Shown one piece after another: positions 63,108 to 64,000 of a stretch of 64,000 nucleotides of DNA (the stretch's first letter is position 1; every line of letters starts with the position of its first letter). The notes below the pieces were generated by a model. It saw only the letters and a list, made by a program, of their open reading frames with translations. It made no database searches and was not told the DNA's origin. The translations under genes were made by a program, and so were the position numbers. This DNA is from Occultella glacieicola (GTDB lineage Bacteria; Actinomycetota; Actinomycetes; Actinomycetales; Beutenbergiaceae). Where the stretch lies: the NCBI RefSeq assembly GCF_004353825.1, contig NZ_SMNA01000006.1, positions 62,001 through 126,000 of the forward strand, in the 5' to 3' direction.

Positions 63108-63551
63108 GTGTCCAAGGATGAGGCGGAGCGGCTGAACGATCTGAAACGCCTGCGGCGCATCCGCGACCGGATCGACCGCGAGTACGCCCAGCCCCTCAAC
63201 GTCGAGGCCCTCGCGCGGGCCGAGTACCTGTCCTCGGGGCACCTGAGCCGCGAGTTCCGGGCCGCCTTCGGCGAGTCGCCCTACAGCTACCTGATGACCC
63301 GACGGATCGAGCGCGCGATGGCGCTCCTGCGCGTCGGAGAGCTCTCCGTGACCGAGGTGTGCTTCGCCGTCGGGTTCTCCTCCCTCGGCACATTCAGCAC
63401 CCGGTTCACCGAGCTGGTCGGCATGCCACCGAGCACCTACCGCAGCGAGGAGGCCGGCCCGCCGGCCGGCATCCCCGCGTGCATCGCCAAGAAGGTCGCC
63501 AGACCGATCAGGAATCGAGAAGCGCCCGCGAGGGCGCCGGAACTAGCGTGA
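63108..63551 (+). CDS. Short AraC-family HTH regulator
   Basis: RDRIDREYAQPL, HLSREFRAAFGESPYSYLMTRRIERA, SVTEVCFAVGFSSLGTFS.RF. Confidence 0.92.
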   Translation: MSKDEAERLNDLKRLRRIRDRIDREYAQPLNVEALARAEYLSSGHLSREFRAAFGESPYSYLMTRRIERAMALLRVGELSVTEVCFAVGFSSLGTFSTRFTELVGMPPSTYRSEEAGPPAGIPACIAKKVARPIRNREAPARAPELA

Positions 63552-63556
63552 GGCTC

Positions 63557-63970
63557 ATGGACATCACCATTCACCACGCATATCTCCCGCACACCGACCC
63601 CGAGGCCGCGCTCGCGTTCTACCGGGACACGCTCGGTTTCGAAGTTCGCAACGACGTCGAGTACCAGGGCCTGCACTGGCTCACCGTGGGCCCTCCGGGA
63701 CAGCCGGACACCTCGATCGTGCTGACCCCGCCGGCCGCCGACCCGGGCATCACCGAGGACGAGCGCAAGGTCATCGCCGAGATGATGGCCAAGGGCACCT
63801 ACGCGAGCATCAACCTCGCCACCAAGGACCTGGACGAGACCTTCGAGCGGGTGCAGGCCGGACCCGTCGGAGAGGTCGTCCAGGAGCCCACCGAGCAACC
63901 ATGGGGGGTGCGGGACGCGGCGTTCCGCGACCCGTCGGGCAACATGGTCCGCATCTTCGAGAGCAAGTAG
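63557..63970 (+). CDS. VOC/glyoxalase family protein
   Basis: ALAFYRDTLGFEVRNDV, WLTV, QEPTEQPWGVRDAAFRDPSGN. Confidence 0.92.
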   Translation: MDITIHHAYLPHTDPEAALAFYRDTLGFEVRNDVEYQGLHWLTVGPPGQPDTSIVLTPPAADPGITEDERKVIAEMMAKGTYASINLATKDLDETFERVQAGPVGEVVQEPTEQPWGVRDAAFRDPSGNMVRIFESK

Positions 63971-64000
63971 ACGACCGTTGGAGACCTCGATGAACACCGC

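Overview
Very high-GC chromosomal segment from an actinobacterium (gene order and leaderless promoters suggest Micrococcales; inference). Most of it is the conserved actinobacterial backbone: rarA, rpsD, alaS-ruvX-mltG-aroE-A24 peptidase-aroCKBQ, efp-nusB, pyrR-pyrB-pyrC-carAB-pyrF, mihF-gmk-rpoZ-coaBC-metK-priA-fmt-rsmB-rpe, an FMN riboswitch with a RibXY-like importer, hisE-hisG, DUF3866-pafBC-tatAC-DAG kinase-helY, lnt-ppm1 and rbpA. Accessory islets are TetR/hydrolase/CYP139-like P450, a SatD-like protein with a membrane partner, Ddn/CMD redox genes, and a right-hand region with a sulfite-oxidase-like operon, an orphan Hcp-like gene, a PrmC-like methylase, two hydrolases and AraC-VOC. The strongest unexplained signals are: (1) a structured RNA candidate with its own promoter between helY and lnt (long stem with a central 9x9-nt bubble); (2) a PafBC-type promoter plus a LexA box at 41.8 kb with no gene behind it; (3) back-to-back PafBC-type promoters at 59.7-59.85 kb driving two hydrolases; (4) the SatD-like cyclase-fold/HTH plus membrane-protein module with a 28-bp-periodic operator array; (5) the orphan T6SS-tube (Hcp) homolog. 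I saw no tRNA, rRNA, CRISPR array or transposase. Family assignments come from motif recognition only; no database search was run.
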